From a virus, in the IMG/VR virus record IMGVR_UViG_3300008111_000005, positions 1 through 64,000 of that record: a DNA stretch of 64,000 bases; one strand, 5' to 3'. Under the pieces are notes generated by a model. That model was given only the letters and a program-made list of their open reading frames with translations, searched no databases and was not told the origin of the DNA. A program made the translations under genes and the position numbers. Below are positions 1-8,166 of the stretch, piece after piece. Numbering within the stretch: position 1 is the stretch's first letter; each line of letters starts with the position of its first letter.

Positions 1-160
1 CTTCGAAGAGGCGGCGGAGATGACGGAGGAGTTCCGCGCGGAGTACTGCGGTGACGGCGAGCCCGAGGGTTCGTACGACCTGAGCGACGATGCCGAGGCT
101 CTCGCCTCCGCGGGTTTCGGGACGGATGAGGATTACGGATATTACGGAGATGATTTTTAA
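1..160 (+). CDS. Partial small acidic phage protein (5' truncated)
   Basis: Frame 2 is open from the window edge to TAA 158-160: ...EYCGDGEPEGSYDLSDDAEALASAGFGTDEDYGYYGDDF. Confidence 0.6.
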   Translation, partial: FEEAAEMTEEFRAEYCGDGEPEGSYDLSDDAEALASAGFGTDEDYGYYGDDF

Positions 161-168
161 GAAGGGGC

Positions 169-197
169 TTGACACGTAGTACAGACTAGGTTATATT
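169..197 (+). promoter_or_regulatory. sigma70-type promoter
   Basis: TTGACA(169-174)-17 nt-TATATT(192-197); GGAG RBS before ATG 243. Confidence 0.8.
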
Positions 198-242
198 AAA
201 AGACGTTCCCAAAACTTCCCAAAGTAAAACGGAGATTACAAC

Positions 243-1082
243 ATGGCTGGTATCAAGCTCGTGAAGCGCGGTCGTCCCTCTAAGGCGGACATCGCAGCTC
301 GTCAGACTAAGACGGTGAAGAATCGTAGTGACGCAGATATCCTTACCGATCTCACTGAGCGGTTCAAGATTCTGTCTTTGCTCACGCAGGGTACGGTTGC
401 GAAGAATGTTCGTGCAATGGTTGTGACTGGCGCTCCCGGCGTTGGCAAGACGTATACGGTCGAGCAGATTCTTGAAAAGTCTGGCGTTCAGCACGAGATT
501 GTTCGCGGCGCACTCTCCGCGGTGAATCTCTACAAGCTCGCGTATCGGAATCGTAAGGCGGGTAACGTGGTGGTGCTGGATGACGCAGACTCTATCTTCA
601 ATGATGAGGAGGCGCTCAATCTGCTCAAGGCGCTGAGCGATACGTCTAGTGTTCGTCGTGTGTCGTGGATGAAGGAATCGCAGGCGCTGGTGGGTGATGA
701 TGTCCCGCAGCAGTTTGAATTCGAAGGCGCGCTCATCTTTATCAGCAATCTGGATTTCCAGACTTTCGTGGATGAGGGAAAGAATAAGTACGCGCAGCAC
801 TTCGAAGCGCTGATGTCGCGGAGTCTGTATCTTGACCTCCGCCTCCACAATCGAAACGAGCTGGGTGTGTGGGTCGAGCACATCGCTAAGGCTGGAAAGA
901 TTTTCGAGCGAGAGGATATCGCCAAGGATACTGGGGTCGCTATCTTGAATTTCATTCGCGGCAATCGTGAATCGCTTCGAGAGTTGTCAATCCGCACGTT
1001 GCTCAAAACGTGTCAGCTCGCTAAGACGCACCCAGCGAATTGGGAGCGGATGGCAAAGGTTCTCTTGACCAAGGGATACTAA
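243..1082 (+). CDS. AAA+ family P-loop ATPase
   Basis: Walker A GAPGVGKT, Walker B VVVLDDAD, FISN sensor-like motif, SRS arginine-finger-like motif. Confidence 0.85.
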   Translation: MAGIKLVKRGRPSKADIAARQTKTVKNRSDADILTDLTERFKILSLLTQGTVAKNVRAMVVTGAPGVGKTYTVEQILEKSGVQHEIVRGALSAVNLYKLAYRNRKAGNVVVLDDADSIFNDEEALNLLKALSDTSSVRRVSWMKESQALVGDDVPQQFEFEGALIFISNLDFQTFVDEGKNKYAQHFEALMSRSLYLDLRLHNRNELGVWVEHIAKAGKIFEREDIAKDTGVAILNFIRGNRESLRELSIRTLLKTCQLAKTHPANWERMAKVLLTKGY

Positions 1083-1273
1083 TGCAAAACGAAATCCGCG
1101 ACCGCAATGGTCGGCTGTTGGGTACCTTGTATATCGGAAGTGATAACCAAGAACTACGGGACCGAAATGGTACGTATTGTGGGAAATATGAAAATAGAAA
1201 TAACGAAACGCGTGACCGGCATGGGAAGCTAGTTGGTAGTGGGAATCTTTTAATGACCCTCCTACCCAACTAG
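1082..1273 (+). CDS. Small protein with three E-x-RDR-x-G repeats
   Basis: ATG overlaps the upstream stop (TAATG); NEIRDRNG / QELRDRNG / NETRDRHG repeats. Confidence 0.65.
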   Translation: MQNEIRDRNGRLLGTLYIGSDNQELRDRNGTYCGKYENRNNETRDRHGKLVGSGNLLMTLLPN

Positions 1274-1294
1274 AGCCGGACCACGAAGCCGAGG

Positions 1295-1326
1295 CCCCTA
1301 CCCTTTCTCCGTTGGGTAGGGGTTTC
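1295..1326 (+). terminator. Rho-independent terminator-like hairpin
   Basis: CCCCTACCC/GGGTAGGGG stem followed by TTTC. Confidence 0.55.
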
Positions 1327-1362
1327 GCATGCCCACCTGCGGTGATAAAACAATGATAAAAC

Positions 1363-1407
1363 TTATCCACATCACAAATATGTTATCCACAAATGTGATG
1401 TGGATAA
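1363..1407. promoter_or_regulatory. Cluster of three consensus DnaA boxes
   Basis: TTATCCACA at 1363-1371 and 1383-1391, TGTGGATAA at 1399-1407; outer boxes lie in a 14-bp inverted repeat. Confidence 0.75.
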
Positions 1408-1460
1408 CTTGTCAAGCCCTAAAATAACATTGTTACATTGTAACGATTACTTGGGGGCGG

Positions 1461-1490
1461 TTGTGTTTCCCTATTATAAGCGTATATTAC
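1461..1490 (+). promoter_or_regulatory. Promoter class TTGTGT-N16-TATATTAC (copy 1)
   Basis: Same architecture at 3121 (+) and 4414 (-); followed by AGTATAACCAAAACGGAGAA leader. Confidence 0.65.
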
Positions 1491-1519
1491 AGTATAACCA
1501 AAACGGAGAAAGAAACCGC

Positions 1520-2230
1520 ATGTCGATGTTCACCGCAGTCAATCCGAAGCTGAAGAAGGGCGAGTCTTTTGGATATATGTCTTTCGGTATTCATTTCGCC
1601 CCGCATACTCTGAGCGGGTATCAGGTCTGTTCATCGGCATCGGAAGGGTGCAAGGGTGCGTGTCTCTACACTAGTGGGCACGGACGTTTCACGCGGACGC
1701 AGGAAGCGCGTATCGCAAAGACGAAGCGTTTCTTTGAGACGCGCGAGCAGTTTCTCGCTGAGCTGGTGAAAGATATTCACGCGGCGATGCGCAAGGCGGG
1801 TCGGTCGGGCTTTCTTCCCGCTTTCCGTCTCAACCTGACGAGCGATGTTCGCTGGGAGACTATCCCTGTCGGCGGGTTCCGCAACATTATGGAAATGTTT
1901 CCTAATGTGCAGTTTTACGATTACACGAAGCACACGAACCGCAAGAACATTCCGGCGAACTATCACCTTACCTTCAGCCGTAGCGAGAGCAACGATAGCC
2001 AGCTCACGGCGATGTTCGACCGCGGCTTCAATGTCGCCATTGTGTTCGACACGCCGAAGGGTAAGAATCTTCCGACTACCTACATGGGCCGCGAAGTAAT
2101 TGACGGCGACGAGCACGACCTGCGGTTCCTCGACAAGAAGGGCGTGTGGGTTGGCCTCCGCGGCAAGGGTGAAGCAAAGAAGGGAACGCATAACGGGTTC
2201 GTGGTCCTTACTTACAACAAAGGAAACTAA
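1520..2230 (+). CDS. GP88-family phage protein (Cys cluster, radical-SAM-like)
   Basis: CSSASEGCKGAC, RLNLTSD, QFYDYTK, NYHLTFSRSE, DGDEHDLRFLD motifs; start moved to ATG 1520 after GGAG. Confidence 0.75.
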   Translation: MSMFTAVNPKLKKGESFGYMSFGIHFAPHTLSGYQVCSSASEGCKGACLYTSGHGRFTRTQEARIAKTKRFFETREQFLAELVKDIHAAMRKAGRSGFLPAFRLNLTSDVRWETIPVGGFRNIMEMFPNVQFYDYTKHTNRKNIPANYHLTFSRSESNDSQLTAMFDRGFNVAIVFDTPKGKNLPTTYMGREVIDGDEHDLRFLDKKGVWVGLRGKGEAKKGTHNGFVVLTYNKGN

Positions 2231-2232
2231 AA

Positions 2233-2373
2233 ATGAAAACGTTTCAGGTTCCAGTGTGGTTCAACATTCAGGCCGAGACACAAGAGGAGGCTTGGCAGAT
2301 TGTGAATGACATGATGGGCATGCATGTGGACTATGTGGTGGAAGAGCCCGTAGAAATTGGCGAGGATAACTAA
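2233..2373 (+). CDS. Small acidic hypothetical protein (46 aa, not in ORF track)
   Basis: MKTFQVPVWFNIQAETQEEAWQIV...; AGGA RBS; fills the gap between neighbours. Confidence 0.6.
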   Translation: MKTFQVPVWFNIQAETQEEAWQIVNDMMGMHVDYVVEEPVEIGEDN

Positions 2374-2374
2374 T

Positions 2375-2554
2375 ATGCAAAACCGTGACAGTCTCATTTA
2401 CCAATTTGCCGAGTGCATGGTGCATGACATGGATGGCGACTCGCTTATGGTGTATGCACTGGAAAAGCTGCGGGAAGATTACTCGCAATACAGCGATGAG
2501 GTGCTACTCGCAGAAATTTCGGAATACTATCCCGAACTCCTAGAGGAAAACTAA
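2375..2554 (+). CDS. Small acidic hypothetical protein
   Basis: GAGGA RBS before ATG 2375; tight packing. Confidence 0.6.
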   Translation: MQNRDSLIYQFAECMVHDMDGDSLMVYALEKLREDYSQYSDEVLLAEISEYYPELLEEN

Positions 2555-2555
2555 T

Positions 2556-2765
2556 ATGCAAACCTATGTGGTCCTATATTACAGCCCACGTTTGTATAGC
2601 GAAACGTCACCACCAACAATTGGCCCACTGACGTTTAAGTGCGAAGCGGATGATGTTGAGCATGCAAGGGAACAAGTCATAGACGCAGAATTCGATGCGG
2701 ATATTGTATGGGTTGAGCAAACAGATGATGTAGGGATGGCACATAACAATTATTGGGAGAATTAA
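2556..2765 (+). CDS. Small hypothetical protein
   Basis: GAGGA RBS; operon packing. Confidence 0.6.
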   Translation: MQTYVVLYYSPRLYSETSPPTIGPLTFKCEADDVEHAREQVIDAEFDADIVWVEQTDDVGMAHNNYWEN

Positions 2766-2768
2766 CTA

Positions 2769-2987
2769 ATGCCTGCTGACAAGCGTACCTATGTGGGGCA
2801 AGTAACGTTGAAAGGAAAACCTGCTGGTAATGATATTTGGTATAAGGTAGAAGGTACGTCCGGTGCTATTCATCCTGTTTCTGCTATCGGTGCCACCGCA
2901 GCAGTGAAAGCGAAACTTGGCACGCCGTTTAAGCTTTATATTACGTCGAAAGGTATGGTTACCTATTACGAGCTCGAGCGTATTTAA
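2769..2987 (+). CDS. Small basic hypothetical protein
   Basis: GGGAG RBS; operon packing. Confidence 0.6.
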   Translation: MPADKRTYVGQVTLKGKPAGNDIWYKVEGTSGAIHPVSAIGATAAVKAKLGTPFKLYITSKGMVTYYELERI

Positions 2988-3120
2988 GTATTTTTTAAAT
3001 ACGTTCGACCGATGATAAAACTGCCCGAAGAAACCCCGAACCCCGAATCATCATAATCCGACGTTTTATCACGCGGGGCCGGCGCAATTGTAACGGAATT
3101 GTAACGGACAGTATAGGGGC

Positions 3121-3150
3121 TTGTGTTCCCATAATATAGGGGTATATTAC
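3121..3150 (+). promoter_or_regulatory. Promoter class TTGTGT-N16-TATATTAC (copy 2)
   Basis: Leader nearly identical to copy 1 (TATTACAGTATACCCAAAACGGAGAA); TTGTAACGGA tandem repeat upstream. Confidence 0.65.
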
Positions 3151-3178
3151 AGTATACCCAAAACGGAGAACAAAAACG

Positions 3179-3475
3179 ATGAGCAACGAAACGTATAACG
3201 GCTGGACCAACTACGAAACGTGGCGCGTGAATCTGGAAATGCTGGACGGGATGACGCCGGAAGATTTCGGGTTCCAGCTGTATAACACGGATGCCGACAG
3301 CCTTGCCGATATGGTGAACGACCTGAAAATGAACCTAGAGGAGCACGTGTGGGAAATTGTTGGGCAGGACGCCAAGGGGTTCGCGCTGGACCTCGCGGAG
3401 AGTTTCCTCGCTCGTGTGGATTGGGAGGAAATCGCTGAGCATATGGTATCCGACTACGCAGCGGAGGTGGCGTAA
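3179..3475 (+). CDS. Acidic phage protein with YNGWTNYETW N-terminal motif
   Basis: Recurrent phage early-gene motif; GGAG RBS. Confidence 0.7.
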   Translation: MSNETYNGWTNYETWRVNLEMLDGMTPEDFGFQLYNTDADSLADMVNDLKMNLEEHVWEIVGQDAKGFALDLAESFLARVDWEEIAEHMVSDYAAEVA

Positions 3476-3476
3476 T

Positions 3477-3692
3477 ATGACAATGCATCCTAGCATTACC
3501 CTTGACACTATCCTCGCCGCGGTGCAGGATGATTATATCGGCATCTGCATCCGTTGTGGGCAGGAGCAGGAAGGCGTGGAGCCCGACGCCCGAAAGTATG
3601 AGTGCGACAGCTGTGGGGCCAACGCCGTCTATGGGGCGGAGGAACTGCTAATGGCTACCGGCGCTATCCAGTCTGTCGTGGGGGCTCGCTAA
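3477..3692 (+). CDS. Small zinc-ribbon protein
   Basis: CIRC...EPDARKYECDSCG...VYGAEE; GGAGG RBS. Confidence 0.7.
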   Translation: MTMHPSITLDTILAAVQDDYIGICIRCGQEQEGVEPDARKYECDSCGANAVYGAEELLMATGAIQSVVGAR

Positions 3693-3901
3693 TGTTGAAG
3701 CGTCAGCGGACAGTACGTAAGGGCTGTGTCTACCGGTGGGCAGGGTTCTCACCGTATAACCCTAAAATCAAAAAGGATGCCCTGCTTCGCGTGGTGAACA
3801 TTCCCGGCGGGAGCAAGGGTGGCGTCTATCGTAACGTAGAGGATATGCAGGGCAATATTCATTTCGTCCATATCGGCAACCTGAAGCCCCGAAACGCCTA
3901 A
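3692..3901 (+). CDS. Small basic hypothetical protein
   Basis: TAATG overlap with the upstream gene. Confidence 0.55.
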   Translation: MLKRQRTVRKGCVYRWAGFSPYNPKIKKDALLRVVNIPGGSKGGVYRNVEDMQGNIHFVHIGNLKPRNA

Positions 3902-3907
3902 TATAAG

Positions 3908-3943
3908 AAAACCCCACATGAATTTGTGGGGTTTTTTCTTTTT
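3908..3943. terminator. Bidirectional terminator at the +/- convergence point
   Basis: AAAACCCCACA-6 nt-TGTGGGGTTTT followed by T tract. Confidence 0.8.
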
Positions 3944-4006
3944 CTAAAAAATGATAAAACACGGGCACACCTTGCCCTAATATTATATTATATAATAAAA
4001 AACTAC

Positions 4007-4177
4007 TTACCCGAAATCAATTTCGCCCCCCAATTGTTCTAGCTCACGAACTACGTCAAGCCGCTCCGATACGGCTTCGAAGATCCAATCATCTATCTGC
4101 TGCCGCTCATCCTTGAGCCGTTGGATGGTGGCGGTCAGCTCATCCCACTGCTCATTGAGCTCTTGTATCTTTTCCAT
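4007..4177 (-). CDS. Small coiled-coil protein (56 aa, not in ORF track)
   Basis: MEKIQELNEQWDELTATIQRLKDERQQIDDW... Confidence 0.5.
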   Translation of the reverse strand: MEKIQELNEQWDELTATIQRLKDERQQIDDWIFEAVSERLDVVRELEQLGGEIDFG

Positions 4178-4178
4178 A

Positions 4179-4379
4179 TTAGCCATTTTCCATAGGGGAA
4201 AGGGATGACACGCGGATCCAATAGTTTTCCAGTCCTGGAATGTTCGACGGGTTCACCACCGCGGCGTTGTGCACGCACGCCATCTGGACACCATTCCATG
4301 TGTCCAGCGCGAGAAGCGTGACGGGCTTCTGAAAGCCCGTGTCCATGAACTGCTTGCCGATATCGTTCGTAGTAATCAT
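4179..4379 (-). CDS. Small hypothetical protein
   Basis: Immediately downstream of the promoter at 4385-4414. Confidence 0.55.
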   Translation of the reverse strand: MITTNDIGKQFMDTGFQKPVTLLALDTWNGVQMACVHNAAVVNPSNIPGLENYWIRVSSLSPMENG

Positions 4380-4384
4380 ATACC

Positions 4385-4414
4385 GTAATATACCCTAATA
4401 TTATGAAAACACAA
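4385..4414 (-). promoter_or_regulatory. Promoter class TTGTGT-N16-TATATTAC (copy 3)
   Basis: Minus strand reads TTGTGTTTTCATAATATTAGGGTATATTAC. Confidence 0.6.
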
Positions 4415-4419
4415 GGGCG

Positions 4420-5160
4420 GTCACGATTTCGTTACAAACTAAAAAAATGATAAAACACGCGCCTTCTTCACCCTATATGATCATAATACCAAGCCCCCAC
4501 AATATCAAGCCCTTATATACATTGTTACATTTCTTTCGGTGTTTCTTCGGGCAGCGTGCAGGTTTACATAATCTATATTATATGCACCGAACAAACACCG
4601 AAGCTAATGGGGGCAATGTCATAATGACGGGGCGGACTGTCAATATAACATATTATTAGACTTTTCCACATGTCCACATTTAGCTCAGTACTAAGGGAAG
4701 CATGTTATTCGGGATTGCTTTCGGTGTCTATACGGGCATGGGTTTTATCATCGTTTTATCACGGTTTTATCATTTTTCCACAGCAATCAGATTTGTGATA
4801 TCTATTCCCCCGTGGCCCGTACGTGGCGACTTGGGCGTATATGGGGCGTGTATAGTATACGATGTGCGGGCCAGGCCCCTATGGCGCAAGGGGAATGGGG
4901 TGAATTTACAAGGCCTAAAAAAATTTGCTTGCGCGGCGAACACACTAGCGCCTTGCTCGGTTCTAATAATACTATGATATTACTATAATATATTATGTAT
5001 AACAATCTATTACTAAATTATTACCTTTTTATTCATACTTCGCGCTCATATTTCCCCATTATCGAAAAATGATAAAACGAACCACAAAAATGATAAAACG
5101 ATTGTAGAAAATGATAAAACGGACCTTTCCTATATAGGGTACGATATGAGGTACTTTCTG
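4420..5160. other. Non-coding origin- or terminus-like region
   Basis: Phased TGATAAAAC triplets (11-bp and 21-bp periods), TTTTCCACA DnaA-like boxes at 4662 and 4774, AT-rich tract ~4960-5040. Confidence 0.5.
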
Positions 5161-5178
5161 GTATAATATAGGATATAA

Positions 5179-5216
5179 AGACAAAAACATCATGACTATT
5201 ATCATGATGCTTGTCT
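5179..5216 (-). terminator. Terminator-like hairpin
   Basis: CATCATGA/TCATGATG stem followed by TTTTT on the minus strand. Confidence 0.55.
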
Positions 5217-5240
5217 ATACCTCTCTTGTATCTATATTAT

Positions 5241-5717
5241 TTATTGTTGGTGTGACCGATAGCTCTTCCTATACTTTACCGGTAATGCCACACTATATTC
5301 TTTCATACCTAATATAAGTTCTTTTTTAGATATGCCTGCATATTTCTTTAAGAGATAGATGTACTTCCCCACGAACCTACTATCATGATAATCATATCCT
5401 AATGCGTGGACCATTTCATGTATAAGGGTTATCATATCTCGTTGGGTAGGCGCTAGCTCTATGGTTTGACGATCACACCAGGAATAATAAAAGTTTTTCC
5501 CACGTGCTTGTGTATGATATATGCCTTTACCAAATCGTATTTCAGGAATTAAATACTTTCCATTTGACTCATTATCCCAGATGAGTTGACCCAAGGTACG
5601 GAGTCTAGTAATAGGTAATTGTTTAATAAATGGTTTATATTCCGGTTGGTAAAAGAACTCGCCCTCGAACTTATACAATCGTCGGGTATTAATCATTTCA
5701 CGATATTGTTTGTCCAT
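5241..5717 (-). CDS. Zincin (SprT-like) HExxH metalloprotein
   Basis: TLIHEMVHALG..YHDSRF motif. Confidence 0.65.
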   Translation of the reverse strand: MDKQYREMINTRRLYKFEGEFFYQPEYKPFIKQLPITRLRTLGQLIWDNESNGKYLIPEIRFGKGIYHTQARGKNFYYSWCDRQTIELAPTQRDMITLIHEMVHALGYDYHDSRFVGKYIYLLKKYAGISKKELILGMKEYSVALPVKYRKSYRSHQQ

Positions 5718-6126
5718 TCTCTTTTTGCTCCGCTTTCTTACAGAGTTGGTATTGATAGTATACTAACCAATAACCAATTCCTATTGATACTAACCAAGCA
5801 ATTGCCCACATAACATTCTCTATTAATAGGTGTGTTTATATGTATCACCGACCTCTATGATTATATTCATAGATTTCCATCTACATCGTACCATTCAAAC
5901 TTGGTAATCTTTGGCTTCTTATGGGTATACACTTCTTTGTAATCTTTCTGACCTTTCTTATCAGATTTATCGTTTTGCTTCTTTGACCACTTGTTTTTAT
6001 CTTTCCACGTTTTACCCATAATTAATCCTTGTGACGGCGTTTAAACCACTTACCAATACCCATCAGTAACAGACCAAACCCAAATACAAACAGTCCCCAC
6101 AGTTCGTCCATATTGTCATCGTTCAC

Positions 6127-6333
6127 TTAATTATCCTCGTCGAGCATAAGTTCGTCAGCGGTAAACTCCATTTCATACCCATCGTTATCCAATCGAACAT
6201 AGTATACATACTGACCAATATAATCACGATACTCATCCTCAGTGATTACCCCTGTCTTACCCTCATAGAAATCATCCACGGGTTCACTAATAATAACCTG
6301 CTCACCACGGTTAAACACTGGCGCCTTGGGCAT
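6127..6333 (-). CDS. Small acidic SH3/KOW-like protein
   Basis: FNRGEQVII...GKTGVI...YYVRLD...FTADEL pattern; AGGAG RBS. Confidence 0.55.
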   Translation of the reverse strand: MPKAPVFNRGEQVIISEPVDDFYEGKTGVITEDEYRDYIGQYVYYVRLDNDGYEMEFTADELMLDEDN

Positions 6334-6363
6334 TTGTTTCTCCTTACGGTTAGGGTTACCTGA

Positions 6364-6392
6364 AATATACTACATTGTTAAGTCTTTGTCAA
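6364..6392 (-). promoter_or_regulatory. sigma70-type promoter
   Basis: TTGACA-17-TATATT on the minus strand. Confidence 0.75.
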
Positions 6393-6410
6393 GAGAACAT
6401 TAAATATGAT

Positions 6411-6653
6411 TTATTTAGGATATACTTCTTCGTGACAATCTCTACATAGCTGACCAGACCCCTGTATATAATACAATCGTTCTTCTATTGGTGTTGATTT
6501 ATTAATAGCTATTATTGTATTACAAGATATACAGCGTTCTGAATTACTTATTGCTTTTACATATTTGTATTTTTGAATTTCAGTGTCACGAATAATATAT
6601 CCGATAAGGAAAACATATGTGACCGCGGTGGCGGCAATTAGTACGGTTATCAT
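6411..6653 (-). CDS. Small membrane-anchored zinc-finger protein
   Basis: Hydrophobic N-terminus; CISC...GQLCRDC. Confidence 0.55.
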   Translation of the reverse strand: MITVLIAATAVTYVFLIGYIIRDTEIQKYKYVKAISNSERCISCNTIIAINKSTPIEERLYYIQGSGQLCRDCHEEVYPK

Positions 6654-6654
6654 A

Positions 6655-7494
6655 TTACAATAAATGCTTTATTTGTTTTGCATCATAAAAGAAATCAGCA
6701 GTCCACTTACTCACACCCAACATTAATCGCTGACCCTGCGGGGTAAACTTACCCACCTTCCACAATTCATCAAGACACTTATCGAATCGTGACCCCCATA
6801 GTTGAGCTTTGTATCGTGACTCACCATTGTCTGGTTCATATTTTAGATTATGAATATGTGTATGTGCCACCCCGAGAAATGATAGGTAGGCGTGTAGTGA
6901 GGCAGACACAGGACGATTGGTAGGTTTGTTACCCACCGCAGGTTGTGCCGTGTTGGCGTAACTGTTTACAATAGACCAACACAATTCACTTTCGTGATTG
7001 AGGATAAACTCTTCTGTGGTAGGAAAGAATGTGTTTGCTCCCGTACCAAATCCCAACGCAACTAACTTCCAGTGCATCAGTTCGTGCACAAGATTAGCTA
7101 ACGCAGCAACGGGATTGTACTGGTCAATTGAAGTCATAATTGCCCATGCCCCAGGATGACCAAATTCATTACCATCGTGTTGACCACTATAATTCTGACC
7201 CACTTCAAGATTAGGAACGATTACATCTACCAATCCACGGACATTATTATATCCCAACGGCCACACTTGCTGATAAATGTTAGCGAACGATTCAAAGTCT
7301 AAGGTTTTAATCGTCTGATAATCTTGTTCAGAACGAGGAACGATTGCAACCTTTCCATGAAACTTTGTCATAGACGACGGATACTCAACAGGAACATATC
7401 CATTGTTCTTTTTAATCTTCGTGAATACATCTATGTCGTAACCATCTTCTTGTGGTTGTAAGATACGACTGTAATCAATATCGTGAAATAACAT
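6655..7494 (-). CDS. HExxH-domain protein, aKG-HExxH peptide hydroxylase-like (paralogue 1)
   Basis: LANLVHELMHWKL plus downstream RPVSASLHAYLSF. Confidence 0.6.
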   Translation of the reverse strand: MLFHDIDYSRILQPQEDGYDIDVFTKIKKNNGYVPVEYPSSMTKFHGKVAIVPRSEQDYQTIKTLDFESFANIYQQVWPLGYNNVRGLVDVIVPNLEVGQNYSGQHDGNEFGHPGAWAIMTSIDQYNPVAALANLVHELMHWKLVALGFGTGANTFFPTTEEFILNHESELCWSIVNSYANTAQPAVGNKPTNRPVSASLHAYLSFLGVAHTHIHNLKYEPDNGESRYKAQLWGSRFDKCLDELWKVGKFTPQGQRLMLGVSKWTADFFYDAKQIKHLL

Positions 7495-8070
7495 TTATCT
7501 ACCCTCCGGATGCATCCATCCAATTTTCTTTGAAATTTTTTCTTTAACAATATGTTCCGGCACACATGCGCCTAAACTTAATACCACCCTTGGTCGGTTA
7601 CCAACAACAGGGGTAGAACCGTGCAACCATTCCGATGCGTAGTTCATCCAACATTCACCTTCATCAACCCAATATTCTTTTCCATCAATAATTGGATTAC
7701 CACCGATATCTGGTTTCTGTATCATGAAATTAAATCGTAAATGAATATTCCCATTACTGTCACGACTGTCTTGGTGTTCATGCACACTACCACCTGTTAA
7801 GTTGACACCGATAAAATTTCCAAACTGTGGTTCTGGTAAAATATTAGAGACACCGATTTGCTCGTATACAATTTCTCTATACGCGGATACTATTTGTGAC
7901 AGTTCCAGTTCTGGATATTTGGTAAGCATACAAAAGCGTCTGCTACACTTGGCAGCATCCGCTCGGGGGTCCATGTTATATTTAAAATATTCCAATCCAG
8001 AGTGTAATGCAAAATCTAGGATTTTATTTTTTATAAAGGTAGGAATGGTGACATTATACTTTGGATTCAT
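7495..8070 (-). CDS. 2OG-Fe(II) oxygenase
   Basis: HEHQD...LHGSTPV...RVVLS facial triad and Arg pattern; start at ATG 8070 after GAGG. Confidence 0.75.
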   Translation of the reverse strand: MNPKYNVTIPTFIKNKILDFALHSGLEYFKYNMDPRADAAKCSRRFCMLTKYPELELSQIVSAYREIVYEQIGVSNILPEPQFGNFIGVNLTGGSVHEHQDSRDSNGNIHLRFNFMIQKPDIGGNPIIDGKEYWVDEGECWMNYASEWLHGSTPVVGNRPRVVLSLGACVPEHIVKEKISKKIGWMHPEGR

Positions 8071-8120
8071 AATAACCTCATTACATTGTACTTCAATACA
8101 TATACTCAAACGAACGGGAA

Positions 8121-8148
8121 TACGCCCGTTACCGTAGTAACAGGCGTA
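8121..8148 (-). terminator. Stable hairpin with C(UACG)G tetraloop 3' of the MoxR gene
   Basis: Minus strand TACGCCTGTTAC-TACG-GTAACGGGCGTA. Confidence 0.55.
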
Positions 8149-8166
8149 CCCACTATCACGTTTCCC

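Larger units (their letters stand above)
1343..5120. repeat. Dispersed and tandem TGATAAAAC motif (12 copies)
   Basis: + at 1343, 1354, 3013, 3952, 4448, 5070, 5091, 5112; - at 3063, 4742, 4753, 4764; all outside the genes called here. Confidence 0.85.

Noticed and set aside
4447-5005. ORFs 4447-4659, 4702-4977 and 4802-5005
   Set aside because: No clear RBS or protein-like features; they overlap the repeat and DnaA-like block, so are probably spurious
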